Shown here: positions 19,179 through 29,763 of the stretch, in pieces
How the letters are laid out: every line of letters starts with the position of its first letter
Numbering within the stretch: the stretch's first letter is position 1
From: an uncultured Clostridium sp.
Lineage (GTDB): Bacteria; Bacillota; Clostridia; TANB77; CAG-508
DNA: 64,000 bases
Assembly (NCBI GenBank): GCA_958438515.1
Contig: CAUBRZ010000001.1
Span: forward strand, 15,450-79,449
Direction of reading: 5' to 3'
Made by a program: the position numbers and the translations under genes
The notes under the pieces: model-generated
What the model was told of the DNA's origin: nothing
Seen by the model: only the letters and a program-made list of their open reading frames with translations
The model's database searches: none

Positions 19179-19919
19179 ATGAATGAATATATAAATTTAA
19201 CATTAGAAAATATAGAAAACGAGCATTTATGTTGTATTATAAGAAGCAAGAAAAAACATCCTGGGGTTGAAGAAAAGAGAAAATGGCTTTCTGAACGATT
19301 AAAAGAGGGACATGTTTTTAGGAAACTTAATGAAAAAGCCACAGTATTTATAGAATATGCTCCTCTTGAAACAGCATGGGTACCTATAATTGGTAATAAC
19401 TATTACTATATATATTGCCTTTGGGTTTTAGGAAATTACAAAAACAAAGGATATGGAAAAACATTAATGGAATATTGTATAAATGATGCAAAAGAAAAAG
19501 GAAAGTCGGGTATTTGTATGCTTGGAGCAAAAAAGCAAAAGTCATGGCTTTCAGACCAAGCATTTGCTAAAAAGTTTGGATTTGAAGTTGTTGATAGTAC
19601 TGATGATGGATATGAACTACTTGCACTTTCTTTTGATGAGACAAAACCTAAATTTGCACAAAGTGCTAAAAAACAAAAGATAGAAAACAAAGATTTAACA
19701 ATCTATTATGATATGCAATGTCCATATATTTATCAAAGTGTTGAAAGAATAAAGCAATATTGTAAAATAAATAATATTCCTTTATCATTAATTCAGATAA
19801 AGACGCTAAAACAAGCAAAGGAACTACCAGGTGTCTTTAATAACTGGTGCATATTTTATAAAGGGAATTTAAAAACAGTAAATTTATTAGATATTTCGTC
19901 TTTAGAAAAAATATTATAA
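19179..19919 (+). CDS. GNAT N-acetyltransferase fused to a YoaP-like C-terminal domain
   Basis: GNAT core YKNKGYGKTLMEYCINDAKEKG, then DLTIYYDMQCPYIYQSVERI...NNWCIFYKGN as in YoaP-like domains. Confidence 0.7.
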   Translation: MNEYINLTLENIENEHLCCIIRSKKKHPGVEEKRKWLSERLKEGHVFRKLNEKATVFIEYAPLETAWVPIIGNNYYYIYCLWVLGNYKNKGYGKTLMEYCINDAKEKGKSGICMLGAKKQKSWLSDQAFAKKFGFEVVDSTDDGYELLALSFDETKPKFAQSAKKQKIENKDLTIYYDMQCPYIYQSVERIKQYCKINNIPLSLIQIKTLKQAKELPGVFNNWCIFYKGNLKTVNLLDISSLEKIL

Positions 19920-20005
19920 AAATAAAAAAGAAGTATATTGCAATTTTTTCTATATATTATGATAAGATACCTAAAAATTAATGCATAAATTAAAGAAAGA
20001 ATATA

Positions 20006-20520
20006 ATGAATATTGAAGAAAACAAAATAATAAATCAAGAATTAGTAAAATATATAGAAAATGATATATTTCCATTATATGATAGAAATGAGCAAGGTCA
20101 TGGAATAGAATATATAAAAACAGTGATAAGAAGAAGTTTAAAATTGGCAAAAAGATATAATGTTAACTTGAGAATATGGTTTATTTGATTGCTTCATATC
20201 ATGATATAGGGCATTACATAGATAGAAAGAGGCATGAACTTATATCAGCAGAAATCTTTATGGAAGATGAAGAAATGAAAAAATACAATAAGGTCATATT
20301 CTTATGGTAAAAAAAACACATTGAACTTTCACAAGAAGAACAAATAGAAAGAGTGTACCAATATCTAACAGAAAAATATGGAAAAGATGGATATGCAAAG
20401 ACATATTTAAAAGATGAGGAATTTGATAATTCTATAGAAAAATTAAGACAAGCATTATCTAATAAAGAAGAATTCATAAATAGAATAAGAAAAATAGTAG
20501 ATAAAATGAGTTTTGAGTAA
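20006..20520 (+). pseudogene. Decayed HD-domain phosphohydrolase gene
   Basis: N-part ends RYNVN. After a 1-nt deletion it continues LENMVYLIASYHDIGHYIDRKRHE. An in-frame TAA and an apparent internal deletion follow, then the C-part IELSQEEQIERVYQYLTEKYGKDGY. No CGG is involved. Confidence 0.6.
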
Positions 20521-20545
20521 CAAAAGGATAAAAGAGGGAAAATAA

Positions 20546-21076
20546 ATGAAAATATTAATAGGAACTAAAAATCCAGGAAAAATACAAGGTGCAAAAGAAG
20601 CATTTGAAAAATATTTTGAAATGGTTGAGATAAAGGGAATAGCCGTAAATTCAGATGTGGAAAATCAACCTGTAAATGAACAAATATCAAAAGGAGCTAA
20701 AAATAGAGTTGAAAACTTAAAAAAATATGCAAGAGAAAATGGAATAGAAGCTGATTTTTATATAGCTAGTGAAGCTGGAATTACAAATTTATTAGGAGAA
20801 TGGATTGATATAAATTATGTTATAATAGAAGATAAAAATGGATTACAAAGTGTGGGAACAAGCCAAGGATTCCCAATACCAGATAAATATATAGAAGAAA
20901 TAATAAAAACTGAATTAGGAAAAGTAATGGATAAAATATGTAATGGAAAAGATTTAGGAAAAGGAAAAGGAGGAATAAATTTTTTAACAAAAGGAGAAAT
21001 ATCAAGAATTGATTTAACAAGAAATGCTTTTGTTATGGCTTTAACAAAACATATTAATGGAGATATATGGAAATAG
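20546..21076 (+). CDS. yjjX: Inosine/xanthosine triphosphatase (YjjX/DUF84 family)
   Basis: GTKNPGKIQGAKEAF, VENQPVNEQISKGAKNRV, GINFLTKGEISRIDLTRNAFVMAL parallel E. coli YjjX. Confidence 0.75.
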   Translation: MKILIGTKNPGKIQGAKEAFEKYFEMVEIKGIAVNSDVENQPVNEQISKGAKNRVENLKKYARENGIEADFYIASEAGITNLLGEWIDINYVIIEDKNGLQSVGTSQGFPIPDKYIEEIIKTELGKVMDKICNGKDLGKGKGGINFLTKGEISRIDLTRNAFVMALTKHINGDIWK

Positions 21077-21221
21077 AGCATAAAATTTATTGTGGGAAAT
21101 ATAAATAATAAATAGATATTTTATGAAAGTTGAAAGATACAAGAAAACGTGATATCATTAATATGATGGTAATAACCATGTTGAAACCGTTATAAAAATT
21201 ACTATTTAAGGAGGCATAATT

Positions 21222-22103
21222 ATGAAACGGTATGAAAGATTTGTGCTTGAGGCAGAAAAGGGGATAAACTTTGAGGTCTCAGATGGAACAAGTGGAGAGC
21301 TAATTATCAAAGATATGTCTGAAAATTATGCAAACCCTCCGATTCTAAAAGGATATAGGCATGTATGTGGGGAATGGAACAATGGCTTTGTAATTGAAAG
21401 AAATTCTGATGGAAGTCAATTTGTGTGGGTTCCTGTTGGAAGCCTAAACTCTAATGGAACACTTGATGGAGCTTCATTTGTCGAAAAGTTTGGAAGAAGG
21501 AATTACATGGATGATGAATTTTCAGAAAGAGAGTTTCATGAACCGTTTACGAAAGAACTTGAATTACAGTTTAAAAGTGTTAAGAAAAATGGTGGGTTTT
21601 ATATTTCCCGTTATAACATTTCTAAGAACAAAAAAACTGGCGAGCCACAATCTGTAAAAGGTGCAATACCTTTAATAAACATTAATTTTAATGATGCTAA
21701 AAAACTTGCATCGAAATTAGAGACAAGAGATACCATAACGAGTCATCTAATTTTTGGTGCTGAGTATGATTCAGTATTAGAATGGTTTCTTGAATCAAAA
21801 GTAAGAAACTATAATGAGGTTGTGAAGGATTCTACCGAATGGGGGAATCATTGGAATACAAATAATTCTCCAAGAGCACTAGTTGAAACAGGAAGTCAAG
21901 AAAGATGGTGTACTAATAACATCTACGACTTTGCAGGTAATGCGAGCGAATGGACGCAAGAAAAGAAAGAAAATTTATATTGTGTTGTTCGTGGTAGTGA
22001 CTATGGCGATGACGGAAATGTTTATTCTGTGGCTTACCGTGATGCTGATAATCCTGAGGATAATTATATCAGTGCAGCTTTTCGTGCTACACTTTGTATT
22101 TAA
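21222..22103 (+). CDS. FGE-sulfatase (SUMF1-like) domain protein
   Basis: Strong AAGGAGG RBS. NIYDFAGNASEWTQE, VVRGSDYG and AAFRATLCI resemble the FGE-sulfatase fold signature. Codon usage is visibly richer in G/C-ending codons than in the neighbours. Confidence 0.5.
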   Translation: MKRYERFVLEAEKGINFEVSDGTSGELIIKDMSENYANPPILKGYRHVCGEWNNGFVIERNSDGSQFVWVPVGSLNSNGTLDGASFVEKFGRRNYMDDEFSEREFHEPFTKELELQFKSVKKNGGFYISRYNISKNKKTGEPQSVKGAIPLININFNDAKKLASKLETRDTITSHLIFGAEYDSVLEWFLESKVRNYNEVVKDSTEWGNHWNTNNSPRALVETGSQERWCTNNIYDFAGNASEWTQEKKENLYCVVRGSDYGDDGNVYSVAYRDADNPEDNYISAAFRATLCI

Positions 22104-22292
22104 ATGTTGTAAAACAATCCTAATTTGTTTCTAAGCACAGATAGAAGGAGAGAACTTTGAAATTTCAGAGTCTCCCTTTTTTTATGGCTTTTAAGCTGAA
22201 GAAATGTAAATTATATAGAAAAATTTGCCAAATTAAGTAAAAGGTGTTAAAATAGAAAAGTACAAAAGTGAAAACTTTAAAGAGGTGAAAAT

Positions 22293-22637
22293 ATGAATAT
22301 ACTTACAATTATATATATATTAGTATTTATAATATTTGCTTTAATTGCATATGCGATACTACAAATAAAATTATTTGGAATGAAAGTAAGAGATTTTTGG
22401 ACTTTTATAGAAGCTAACCAAATGTTAGATAAATTATATAATTTTGCAAAGCAATATGAAAATATGTCACCACAAGAACAAGTAATATATTTATCAGAAG
22501 CAGAAAAAATATTTAGAGCTTTTGACAATGTACCAAATGAATTGTGGGAAGAAGAATATGATAAATATAGAGAAGTTTTAACAAAATATCAGGATATAAA
22601 AATGTTAAAATGGGCTTCAACATCAACCAATAAATAA
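22293..22637 (+). CDS. Hypothetical N-terminally anchored protein
   Basis: AGAGGTG RBS, one TM helix, no recognisable motif. Confidence 0.4.
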   Translation: MNILTIIYILVFIIFALIAYAILQIKLFGMKVRDFWTFIEANQMLDKLYNFAKQYENMSPQEQVIYLSEAEKIFRAFDNVPNELWEEEYDKYREVLTKYQDIKMLKWASTSTNK

Positions 22638-22661
22638 AAGTGGATTTAAGTCCACTTTTTA
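22637..22661. terminator. Bidirectional hairpin between convergent genes
   Basis: aaaagtgga / tccactttt stem. Confidence 0.5.
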
Positions 22662-23201
22662 TAATTTTATAATAACTAAACTAAGAAAAATATATGCATA
22701 ACGAAAAGCTTTTTTCATAAATAATTTAGATTTTATAATTTCCATTGATTCAGATATAGCACAATATTTATCTACAAAAGTTAAAATAAAACCTTCTTTA
22801 GAATTAGGAAAACTAATAGTTATTGGCCACATATGTTTTATAATCATATCTTTTTCTTTTTCATTTAAATCAAATAATTTACATGCATTTTTGCAAGCAA
22901 CACTCCCATGAGAAAAAGCATGTAATCCTTTTCTATCAGGTGTCTTGATTCTCCAATCATACAAAAACAAATCATGCAACATAGCAGCTCTTGCAGCAGA
23001 CTTATAATCTAAATTATATTTTTTACAAATTAGGTAACAATAATAAGAAACAACATAACAATGTTCAAAACAAGTAGTTTCGTAATGTTGTTTAAAATTT
23101 TTCATTTGGTTAACTGTATCATTTTCTATTAAAGGATGAATAATATCCTGAAATTCTTTATCTTTATTTATTAATTTTTTGATATAATTATAATGTTTCA
23201 T
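22659..23201 (-). CDS. HD-domain phosphohydrolase
   Basis: HCYVVSYY...AAMLHDLFLYDWR and GLHAFSHG motifs. Confidence 0.7.
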   Translation of the reverse strand: MKHYNYIKKLINKDKEFQDIIHPLIENDTVNQMKNFKQHYETTCFEHCYVVSYYCYLICKKYNLDYKSAARAAMLHDLFLYDWRIKTPDRKGLHAFSHGSVACKNACKLFDLNEKEKDMIIKHMWPITISFPNSKEGFILTFVDKYCAISESMEIIKSKLFMKKAFRYAYIFLSLVIIKL

Positions 23202-23329
23202 CTATAAAAACCTCTTAAAAATCTTATGTACTTTTAAAAGTATATCATAAGTAAAATATATATTGCAACTTTAATTTGTATAATCTTACGAAATTAAGAA
23301 AAAATTAATTTTAGAAGATTAGAGAATAG

Positions 23330-24319
23330 TTAATATATAAGCTTTTGAAGAATTTGAACAGCATTAGTAGCAGCACCTTTTCTTAAATTGTCAGCTACAA
23401 CCCAAAAATTAAGACCATTATTTACACTTGGATCTTTTCTGATTCTTCCAACAAAAACTTCATCATATCCATTTGCTTTTGTTGCAATAGGATATTGATT
23501 TTTTTCAAGATTATCTACTACTAAAATTCCAGGAAAATTCTGAAGAGCCATTCTTACATCATATAAATCGAAATCTTTTTCTAATTCAACATTAATTGAT
23601 TCACTATGACAATTAACTACTGGTACTCTAACACAGGTAGCTGTAATAGGTAAAGAAGGTTTGTTTAGAATTTTTCTAGTTTCATTTATCATTTTATGTT
23701 CTTCTTTAGTATAACCATCTTCCATAAAAACATCTATATGAGGGATACAATTATTATAAATAGGATATGTGAATTTTTTTAAATATTTTCCATAAGATTT
23801 ATTTTCTAAATCTTCAACACCCAAACGCCCTGCACCTGAAACAGCTTGATATGTTGAAAAAACAATTCTTTTGATTGTATACAAATCATCTAAAACTTTT
23901 AAAGGAAGAATAGCTTGAATTGTAGAACAATTTGGATTAGCTATAATTCCATTGTTTTTTGAAATATCTTTACTATTTACTTCGGGAACAATTAAAGGTA
24001 CAGATGAATCCATTCTAAAGATACTGCTATTATCAATTACAATACATCCATTTGAAACAGCTAGTGGAACATATTTTTTTGAAACTTCTCCTCCGGCACA
24101 AAAGATAGCATAGTCAAAATGGTAATTAAAAGAATTTTCATCTAATTTACAAAAAATATAGTCTTCTCCTAAAAAATTTATTTTTTTACCAGCTGAATTT
24201 TCGGAAGAAAATAAAGTATAAGTTACATTAGAAAGATTTTTTTCTTCTAAGACCTTTAAAACAGTTCTACCAACTAAACCACTACTGCCTACAATAGCGA
24301 CTTTATATTTAGTACGCAT
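23330..24319 (-). CDS. asd: Aspartate-semialdehyde dehydrogenase
   Basis: VAIVGSSGLVGR, NPNCSTIQ active-site Cys, SGAG, RVPV..CHS pattern. Confidence 0.9.
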   Translation of the reverse strand: MRTKYKVAIVGSSGLVGRTVLKVLEEKNLSNVTYTLFSSENSAGKKINFLGEDYIFCKLDENSFNYHFDYAIFCAGGEVSKKYVPLAVSNGCIVIDNSSIFRMDSSVPLIVPEVNSKDISKNNGIIANPNCSTIQAILPLKVLDDLYTIKRIVFSTYQAVSGAGRLGVEDLENKSYGKYLKKFTYPIYNNCIPHIDVFMEDGYTKEEHKMINETRKILNKPSLPITATCVRVPVVNCHSESINVELEKDFDLYDVRMALQNFPGILVVDNLEKNQYPIATKANGYDEVFVGRIRKDPSVNNGLNFWVVADNLRKGAATNAVQILQKLIY

Positions 24320-24554
24320 TATTAAAATACCTCCATTTATTTTGTCTATATAAAGATATGCTAAAAAATTAAAAATGATACTATAAATTTTAAAAATCTT
24401 AAAGTACTTGAAAATATTACAAAAATTAGACTAACTAGTTCAAAAAAGAAATAAATTTATAGGAAAATATTGCATTAATTTGTCAATGATAGTATAATAA
24501 TAAAGATAGCATAATAATATTAAGAAAAGATATTATTAAAAGAGAGGTAGAAAA

Positions 24555-25811
24555 ATGGATTATTTATATATATTAAGAGAAGCTATTGTATGGACAATAA
24601 CTATATTTTGGTTGTATCAAATATTAGTAAGTTTATGTTCATTAGTTAAAATTAAAGACAAACCACTAAAAGAAGAAAAAGAAAACAGATTTATGGCAAT
24701 TATTCCAGCACATAATGAAGAAGCTGTAATAGGAAATTTAGTTGAAAGTTTAAAACATCAAAACTATAATAAGGATTTATATGATATTTATGTTATTGCT
24801 GATAACTGTACAGATAATACAGCAAGAGTGGCAAAAGAAGCAGGAGCAATAGTATATGAAAGATTTGATGAAACTAAAAAGACAAAAGGATATGCATTAG
24901 ATTGGTTTTTGAAACAAAAAATCGAAGAAAATGCACCATATGATGCTTTCTTTGTTTTTGACGCAGATAATATTGTTCATCCAGACTTTATAAAAAATAT
25001 GAACAAAAAATTATGCCAAGGAGAAGATGTAGTACAAGGATATAGAGATATCAAAAATCCAACAGACAGTTGGATAACAGCAGGGTATGCACTTTTTTAT
25101 TGGACAATGCACAGATTTTATCATTTAGCAAGATATAATTTAGGATTATCACCATTACTAAATGGAACAGGATTTATGGTAAAATTTGATGTTATAAAAC
25201 CAGAAGGTGGATTAAAAACTGTAACATTAACTGAAGATATAGAATTTTCATTAAAAAGAATAATAAAGGGTAAAAGGTTAGGATGGTCAACTGAAGCAAT
25301 TGTATATGATGAACAACCAGTAGGATTTAGCCAAAGTTGGTCTCAAAGAAGTAGATGGACTGTAGGACATATGCAATGTATAAAAGAATATACAAAAAGC
25401 TTAGCAGTAGCAGCAAAAGAAAACAAAACAATGATGAATTTTGATGGATTGTTATATATAGTAGGAAGTATTCCAATGTTTATAATAACATTAGTATTAC
25501 TATTAACAAACTTTTTAATGTATGCAGGAGATGGAATGACACAAACAGAATTGATTATTAATATAATTAAATTTATTGTTCCAACATTCTTTTTACCAAT
25601 AATAACGGCTGTAATTGCAATGTATTTAGATAAAAGACCAATTAAGCCAATGCTAAAAGGATTAGTGTGCTATCCATTATTTATGGGAACTTGGTTATTA
25701 ATAAACTTTAAATGTTTATTTAAAAGAGAAACTACATGGGAGAAGATTAACCACGTAAGAGATATTAAAATTACAGACACAGCAGCACAACTTCAAGAAG
25801 AAAGAAATTAA
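24555..25811 (+). CDS. Family 2 glycosyltransferase, membrane-integrated (processive-synthase-like)
   Basis: IIPAHNEE, DADN, TEDIEFS, QRSRWTVGHMQC (QxxRW), flanking TM helices. Confidence 0.8.
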   Translation: MDYLYILREAIVWTITIFWLYQILVSLCSLVKIKDKPLKEEKENRFMAIIPAHNEEAVIGNLVESLKHQNYNKDLYDIYVIADNCTDNTARVAKEAGAIVYERFDETKKTKGYALDWFLKQKIEENAPYDAFFVFDADNIVHPDFIKNMNKKLCQGEDVVQGYRDIKNPTDSWITAGYALFYWTMHRFYHLARYNLGLSPLLNGTGFMVKFDVIKPEGGLKTVTLTEDIEFSLKRIIKGKRLGWSTEAIVYDEQPVGFSQSWSQRSRWTVGHMQCIKEYTKSLAVAAKENKTMMNFDGLLYIVGSIPMFIITLVLLLTNFLMYAGDGMTQTELIINIIKFIVPTFFLPIITAVIAMYLDKRPIKPMLKGLVCYPLFMGTWLLINFKCLFKRETTWEKINHVRDIKITDTAAQLQEERN

Positions 25812-25826
25812 AAAATAAATTTTAGA

Positions 25827-25856
25827 AAGTTGGTTTGTAAAAACCAACTTTTTTGT
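25827..25856 (+). terminator. Rho-independent terminator
   Basis: aaagttggttt / aaaccaacttt stem plus a T-run. Confidence 0.75.
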
Positions 25857-25957
25857 TTATTATCATTCTATATATTTATATAAAATGATAAACAATATGA
25901 AAGGTTATAGGTAATCCTCATTTAAAACCTAAATATAATAATATAGGGAAATAAAAA

Positions 25958-27430
25958 ATGAAAAACATATTAAAAAAAGAAAATGTATTACATATACTAT
26001 TAATTTTAGTAGGAACAATTTTTATTTTAATACCATCATTTCACACTAATATATGGTTTGATGAATCTTATAGTGTAGCAATTGTTAATCATTCATTTGG
26101 CCAAATATGGACAATTGGTGGAAATGATGTGCATCCAATTTTATATTACTGGATGTTAAAAATAATAAATTTAATATTTGGAACTAATATAATTGCATAT
26201 AGAATTTTTTCTGTATGTGGAATTAGTGCTTTATCAATTTTAGGATTAACACATATAAAAAAAGATTTTGGAAAACAAACGGGATTATTGTTTACATTTT
26301 TTAGTTTATTTTTGCCAGTAATGTTAAATTATGCTTTGGAAATTAGAATGTATTCATGGACAATATTTTTTGTAACACTAATGGCAATATATTTAAATAG
26401 ATTTATTAAACAAAAAACAACGAAAAATTTAATATTATTTGGGTTATTTAGTATAATCAGTTGTTATATGCATTATTATGCATTAGTTTGTGCCGGTTTT
26501 ATAAATTTAGGATTAATTATTTATGTAATAAAAAATAAGGAAAAAATAGATAAAAGAATACTAAAACAATTTTGTTTAGTGGAAATAGCACAAGTATTAT
26601 TATATATACCTTGGCTTACATGCTTTATCAAACAATTAACAAGAGTTGGTGGGGGATTTTGGATTACAATAGAATTTCCACAAATATTTATAGATATTAT
26701 AAATTTCCAATTTAAAGGAAGTTTAGATCAATTGATTCCAAGTATAGTAGCAATTTTATTATGGGGATATGTAATTTATATAATTATAAAAAATATTAAA
26801 AGTAAAAACAATATAAAAGAAGGTATTGTACCTATAATTGTTTATTTATTAGTAATATTTGCAGTTTCAATAGTTTCTATTATATCACCAATTTTATATG
26901 ATAGATATTTATTTACAATATCAGGTTTAATAATATTTTCTATTTCATACTTTGTATCAAAAGAAAATAATAAATTTATAATAGGATTAATATGTGGTGC
27001 AATTATTATAATGTCTAGTTTTAATATGATGGAAAATGTAAAAGAAAATTATGATTATTCTAACAAAGAACCTATAAGTTATCTAAATGAAAATTTACAA
27101 CCAGATGATATTATTATTTATTCAGATATCGGAAATGGAGGAGTTATAGCAGCTTTAATTGATACAAATAAACAATTTTTCTTAAATTTGGAAAATTGGT
27201 CTATAGAAGAAGCTTATAAAGCCTATAATCCACAGATGGAAGTAAAAGGTACTGTAGAAGAAGCAATAAAAGAAGCAAAAAATAGAATTTTTATTATTGA
27301 TACAGGTGAATTGAGTTTATATAATAAGATTTACAATGAAGATCAATATAAACAAGTAAGTATTAATAAATTTGAGCCTAGATATAAAAATTATACTTAT
27401 AATATCATTATTTTAGAAAAAGTTAAGTAA
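25958..27430 (+). CDS. Polytopic membrane glycosyltransferase (GT39/ArnT-like, family C fold)
   Basis: About 11 predicted TM helices, an early NIWFDESYS loop motif and a soluble C-terminal domain. The adjacent GT2 supports the assignment. Confidence 0.5.
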   Translation: MKNILKKENVLHILLILVGTIFILIPSFHTNIWFDESYSVAIVNHSFGQIWTIGGNDVHPILYYWMLKIINLIFGTNIIAYRIFSVCGISALSILGLTHIKKDFGKQTGLLFTFFSLFLPVMLNYALEIRMYSWTIFFVTLMAIYLNRFIKQKTTKNLILFGLFSIISCYMHYYALVCAGFINLGLIIYVIKNKEKIDKRILKQFCLVEIAQVLLYIPWLTCFIKQLTRVGGGFWITIEFPQIFIDIINFQFKGSLDQLIPSIVAILLWGYVIYIIIKNIKSKNNIKEGIVPIIVYLLVIFAVSIVSIISPILYDRYLFTISGLIIFSISYFVSKENNKFIIGLICGAIIIMSSFNMMENVKENYDYSNKEPISYLNENLQPDDIIIYSDIGNGGVIAALIDTNKQFFLNLENWSIEEAYKAYNPQMEVKGTVEEAIKEAKNRIFIIDTGELSLYNKIYNEDQYKQVSINKFEPRYKNYTYNIIILEKVK

Positions 27431-27445
27431 AAACATAAAAAAAGC

Positions 27446-27474
27446 TTGCATTTATACCAAAAATTGGGTATAAT
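27446..27474 (+). promoter_or_regulatory. Promoter of the rimP-nusA-infB operon (TTGCAT-17-TATAAT)
   Basis: TTGCAT at 27446-27451, 17-nt spacer, TATAAT at 27469-27474. Confidence 0.65.
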
Positions 27475-27499
27475 AGTAAAAGATACAACTTAAGGACTA

Positions 27500-27524
27500 A
27501 AGAGTGGGAACAAATCCCACTCTT
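27500..27524 (+). promoter_or_regulatory. Leader hairpin of the rimP-nusA operon
   Basis: Perfect 10-bp stem aagagtggga / tcccactctt with no T-run, about 20 nt after the predicted transcription start. Confidence 0.4.
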
Positions 27525-27571
27525 AATTCTTGAAGATAATATTTTTATAAAAATTAAAGAGGAGGTATACT

Positions 27572-28021
27572 TTGGCAAACATAGAACAAAAAGTAGAAAA
27601 CCTATTAAAAGAAAAAATTGAATCTTTAGGATATGAATTGTATGATGTAGAATATTCTAAAGAAGGAAAAAATTACTTTTTAAGAATATTTATTGACAAA
27701 AAAGATGGAATTGATTTAAATGACTGTGAAAAAGTAAATAATGAAATTAATGATTTATTAGATGGAGCAGATTATATTAAAGAACAATACTTTTTAGAAG
27801 TATCTTCACCTGGAATTGAAAGAATATTAAGAAAAGATAAACATCTTAAAGAAAATATAGGAAAAGAAATAACAATAAAATTATTTAAGAAAGATGAAAG
27901 AGGAAATAAAGAATACCAAGGAATTTTAGAACAATTTGATGAAGATACAATAAAATTAGTAAATGAGATAGTTATTGAAAGAAAAAATATAGCACAAATA
28001 AAAACAGTATATAATTGGTAA
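27572..28021 (+). CDS. rimP: Ribosome maturation factor RimP
   Basis: TTG start 6 nt after GGAGG. YFLRIFIDK..GIDLNDCEKV and LEVSSPGIER motifs. Confidence 0.85.
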   Translation: MANIEQKVENLLKEKIESLGYELYDVEYSKEGKNYFLRIFIDKKDGIDLNDCEKVNNEINDLLDGADYIKEQYFLEVSSPGIERILRKDKHLKENIGKEITIKLFKKDERGNKEYQGILEQFDEDTIKLVNEIVIERKNIAQIKTVYNW

Positions 28022-28035
28022 AGGGAGGAATAAAA

Positions 28036-29151
28036 ATGAAGAAAAAAGCAATTGATAACAAAGAGTTAATCTTAGCTTTAGAAGAATTAGAAAAAGAAAA
28101 AGGAATAAAAAAGGAGTATTTATTAGAATCAATAGAAACAGCATTAGTAACAGCATATAAAAGAAATTTCGATTCATTGGAAAATGTAAAGGTAGAAATG
28201 GATCATCAAACTGGTGCAACACATGTATACAGCATAAAAGAAGTTGTAGATAAAGTGACTAACCCAGATACTCAAATTAGTAAAAAAGAGGCAAAAAAAA
28301 TCAATCCAGATTTAGAAGATGAAGATTCAGTTCAAATAGAAATAGTACCAAGAGACTTTGGAAGAATTGCAGCGCAAACAGCAAAACAAGTAATTATTCA
28401 AAAATTAAGAGAAGCTGAAAGAGAAATAATATATAATGAATTTAATGATAGAAAAGGCGAAATTGTTTCAGGATTAATACAAAAAGCAGATCATAATATA
28501 GTAGTAATGGATTTAGGAAAACTAGAAGGAGTTATGCCTGCTAAAGAACAAATACCAACAGAGACTTATCATGTTAACGATAAAATTAAAGGATATGTAT
28601 TAGATGTAGAAAAAGGAGCAAAGGGAGCACCACAAGTTATTGTATCTAGAAGCCATCCTGATTTTGTAAGAAAATTATTAGAATTTGAAATACCAGAGAT
28701 TTATGAAGGGGTTATAGAAATAAAAAGTGTATCTCGTGATCCTGGATATAGAAGTAAAGTTGCTGTACATTCACCAGACCCAAATATAGATCCAGTAGGT
28801 TCTTGTGTAGGTCAAAAAGGTGTTAGAATTCAAAATGTAATAAATGAATTAAATGGAGAAAAAATAGATGTAATAGAATGGAATGAAGACCCATCAATTT
28901 ATATTGCATCAAGCTTACTTCCAGCACAAATTTTAGCAGTAGATATTAAAGAAGAAGAGAAATTTGCACAAGTAATCGTACCAGATGATCAATTATCATT
29001 AGCTATTGGTAAATCAGGACAAAATGCAAGATTAGCAGCAAGATTAACAAATTGGAAAATTGATATTAAATCAGAAACACAATTTAGAGAAATGTTAATT
29101 AATGCAAAAGAAGAGAATAAATCTGAAGAAGCGCCAGAACAGGCAGAATAA
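28036..29151 (+). CDS. nusA: Transcription termination/antitermination factor NusA
   Basis: S1 and two KH domains (RIAAQTAKQVI, DPVGSCVGQKGVRIQ, LAIGKSGQNARLAARLT). The ATG at 28036 follows GGGAGG. Confidence 0.95.
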   Translation: MKKKAIDNKELILALEELEKEKGIKKEYLLESIETALVTAYKRNFDSLENVKVEMDHQTGATHVYSIKEVVDKVTNPDTQISKKEAKKINPDLEDEDSVQIEIVPRDFGRIAAQTAKQVIIQKLREAEREIIYNEFNDRKGEIVSGLIQKADHNIVVMDLGKLEGVMPAKEQIPTETYHVNDKIKGYVLDVEKGAKGAPQVIVSRSHPDFVRKLLEFEIPEIYEGVIEIKSVSRDPGYRSKVAVHSPDPNIDPVGSCVGQKGVRIQNVINELNGEKIDVIEWNEDPSIYIASSLLPAQILAVDIKEEEKFAQVIVPDDQLSLAIGKSGQNARLAARLTNWKIDIKSETQFREMLINAKEENKSEEAPEQAE

Positions 29152-29192
29152 AAGTTAACTTAGCACATACAATAAAGGAGGGAACTTAGAGA

Positions 29193-29453
29193 ATGAAAAG
29201 ACAACCACAAAGAACCTGTATGGGATGTAACATTAAAAAAGATAAAAAGGATTTAATTAGAATTGTGAAAAATAAGGAAAATGTAATTACAATTGATAAA
29301 CTAGGAAAACTAGAAGGAAGGGGCGCTTATATATGTGATAACAGTGAATGCCTTGAAAAACTAATTAAATCAAAGAGACTAGAAAAGGTATTTGATATGA
29401 AAATATCAGATGAAATTTATGAAAATTTAAGAGGTGTAATACTTGGTAAATAA
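29193..29453 (+). CDS. ylxR: YlxR/RnpM (DUF448) RNA-binding protein
   Basis: RTCMGCNIKKDKKDLIRIV...GRGAYIC signature and operon position. Confidence 0.85.
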   Translation: MKRQPQRTCMGCNIKKDKKDLIRIVKNKENVITIDKLGKLEGRGAYICDNSECLEKLIKSKRLEKVFDMKISDEIYENLRGVILGK

Positions 29454-29763
29454 AAAGATATTAGGTTTGATAGGATTATCTGCAAAATGTAGAAAAGTTA
29501 GCTTTGGGGCAGATAGTGTAGAAAATCAAATAAAAAAAAATAAAGTAAGGTTACTAATAATAGCTAAGGATTCTTCAGAAAGAACAAAGGAAAAATTTGA
29601 AAAAATAGGAAAAGAATACAATGTGCCAATTATTATAATTGGCGAAATGGAAGAATTAAGTAAAGCTATAGGAAAGTCTAATAAAGCAATTTTTGGAATT
29701 GAAGATATTAATTTAGCAAAAGAAATTCAAAAAGTAAATAATGGGGGTGAAGTTATTGGGTAA
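29443..29763 (+). CDS. ylxQ: L7Ae-family RNA-binding protein (YlxQ-like)
   Basis: [12 protein letters not shown]...LLIIAKDSS...AIFGI pattern, positioned between ylxR and infB. Confidence 0.7.
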   Translation: MVNKKILGLIGLSAKCRKVSFGADSVENQIKKNKVRLLIIAKDSSERTKEKFEKIGKEYNVPIIIIGEMEELSKAIGKSNKAIFGIEDINLAKEIQKVNNGGEVIG

